Shown: one piece after another, positions 62,466-64,000 of the stretch | How the letters are laid out: the number at the start of each line of letters is the position of its first letter | Position numbering within the stretch: position 1 is the stretch's first letter | Assembly (NCBI RefSeq): GCF_963921235.1 | Contig: NC_086108.1 | Coordinates: 99,760,001 to 99,824,000 of the forward strand | Source: Mobula hypostoma | Lineage: Eukaryota | DNA: 64,000 nucleotides | Reading direction: 5' to 3' | Translations under genes and position numbers: made by a program | The notes under the pieces: model-generated | Databases searched by the model: none | Told to the model about the DNA's origin: nothing | The model's input: only the letters and a program-made list of their open reading frames with translations

Positions 62466-62949
62466 TACATTGAAGGTGAGAAGGGGTTCAAGAAGGATGG
62501 GAGGGGTACATTTTTTTACTTAGAGAGTCTTGGATGTCCGGAATATGCTGCCTGGTATGGTGGTAGAGGCAAACACAATAGAGGCTTTTAAGAGACATCT
62601 GGATAGGCATATGAACATAAGGAAGATGGAGGGATATGGTCAAGATGTAGGTAGGAGGGATTTGTGTTTAGGCATTTTTATTTTGCTTTTTAGCTGGCTC
62701 AGCACAACATTGAGGGCTGAATGGCCTTTTCCTCTGCTGTTCTCCTCTATGTTCTATGAATCTGTGTGAAACAAAGCAGCAATGCTGTGAAAGAATAGAG
62801 CCTTTTGTAGGTTTTGCTCTGCTTGTAATAGGCTAGGATTGCACTAACTGGTAAAATCTCAGTTAATCTAGAGGAAGCAGAAGGCAAATTGTAACTTTAC
62901 AAGGCTATCTTTGTCTGTTGGAACATATAATAGAGCATAGAACAGGACA

Positions 62950-63205
62950 GGTGCCCGGTAGCCTAGTAGTTAGCACAATACTTCATAGTACAGGTGACCC
63001 AGGTTCAGTTCTTGCCCTTGCCCTGTAAGGAGTTTGTACGTTCTCCCCGTGACCATGTGGGTTTCCTCTGGGTGCTCTGGTTTTCTCCCCCCAGTCCAAA
63101 GACGTACTAGTTTGTTGGTTAATTGGTCATTGTAAATGGTTCCGTGCTTAGTCTAGGATTAAGCCGAAGGGCCTATTCTGCACAGTGTCTCAATAAAATA
63201 AATAA
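62950..63205 (+). mobile_element. tRNA-derived V-SINE/HE1-like SINE inside a CR1 3' fragment (62925-63705, -)
   Basis: GTAGCCTAGTAGTTAG A-box, GGTTCAGTTC B-box, CTGTAAGGAGTTTGTACGTTCTCCCCGTGACC body and (AAAT)n tail. Confidence 0.85.
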
Positions 63206-64000
63206 TTAGCAGTCCAGCACAGTACTCATCACGCTTTATTTTTCTTACGTCTATGTGCCTGTCTAATAGTCTTTTAAATCCCTAATGTATCAGCTTCCAC
63301 CATCATTCCTGGCAATTGATTTCAGGCATCCACAACCTCCATCAAGTTACTGTATGTCTTCCTTCTCTCCAAAGAGAAAAGCCCTAGCTCACTCACCTAC
63401 CCTCATAAGGCATGTTCTCTTATCCAGGAGGCGTCCTGGTAAATCTCCTCTACATCCTCTCTAAAGCTTCCACATCCTTCCTATAATGAAGCAACTAGAC
63501 TGAGCACAGAACTATAACGATGGTCTAACCATAGGTTCATAGAACTGCAACATTGCCTCGTGGCTCTTAAGCTCAGTCCTTCAAATAATGAAGGCCAACA
63601 TGCCACACCTCTTCTTAACCACTCTATCAACTTGTGTGGCAACTTTGTGGGATGTATGGACTTAAACCCAAGATCCCTCTGTTCATCCACACTGCTAAGA
63701 ATATTGGATTCATGATTCTGAAGATTTATTGGTCTATCTGTCCCAAGGGACAGTGACCAATGGCACCAGAGAAAGGCAGCACAATATAAAACAAAAACTG
63801 AAGATACAGAGAATAATCAGCAGGTCAGGCAGCATATGTGGAGAGATAAACAGTTCACATTTAAGATTGTTGATCTTACATCAGTCAGCCCCACTACTTC
63901 TATACCAACCAACAACCTCTTCTTCAATATGAACAAGAAAAAAAGGGATGGTTATCGACTTCAGGAGAACTCACACCACTCACACCCCTCTTTAAATTGG

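Overview
Vertebrate (eukaryotic) genomic DNA, very rich in repeats, with no host protein-coding gene I can recognise. The mix of CR1 LINEs with esterase ORF1, tRNA-derived V-SINE/HE1-like SINEs, Rex1/Babar, RTE, Penelope-like elements and Tc1/mariner suggests a cartilaginous fish, probably a ray (inference). Nearly all long ORFs are decayed retroelement or transposase frames. Main elements: a full-length CR1 (19.8-23.8 kb), three large partial CR1s, a Penelope-like element (RT plus GIY-YIG, 13.6-16.1 kb) and a full-length Tc1 (33.1-34.7 kb). The Penelope-like element carries a minimal type-I hammerhead ribozyme in its 3' end. About ten further short copies of that terminus are scattered through the window, two as head-to-head inverted pairs. 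The unique islands hold a candidate promoter with first exon (25.2-26.1 kb), an old duplicated TATA module (45.6 and 52.2 kb), an AP-1/MARE cluster, a perfect IR-1 nuclear-receptor site and a few orphan exon-like segments. Boundaries of old repeats are approximate and family names were assigned from motifs, without database searches.
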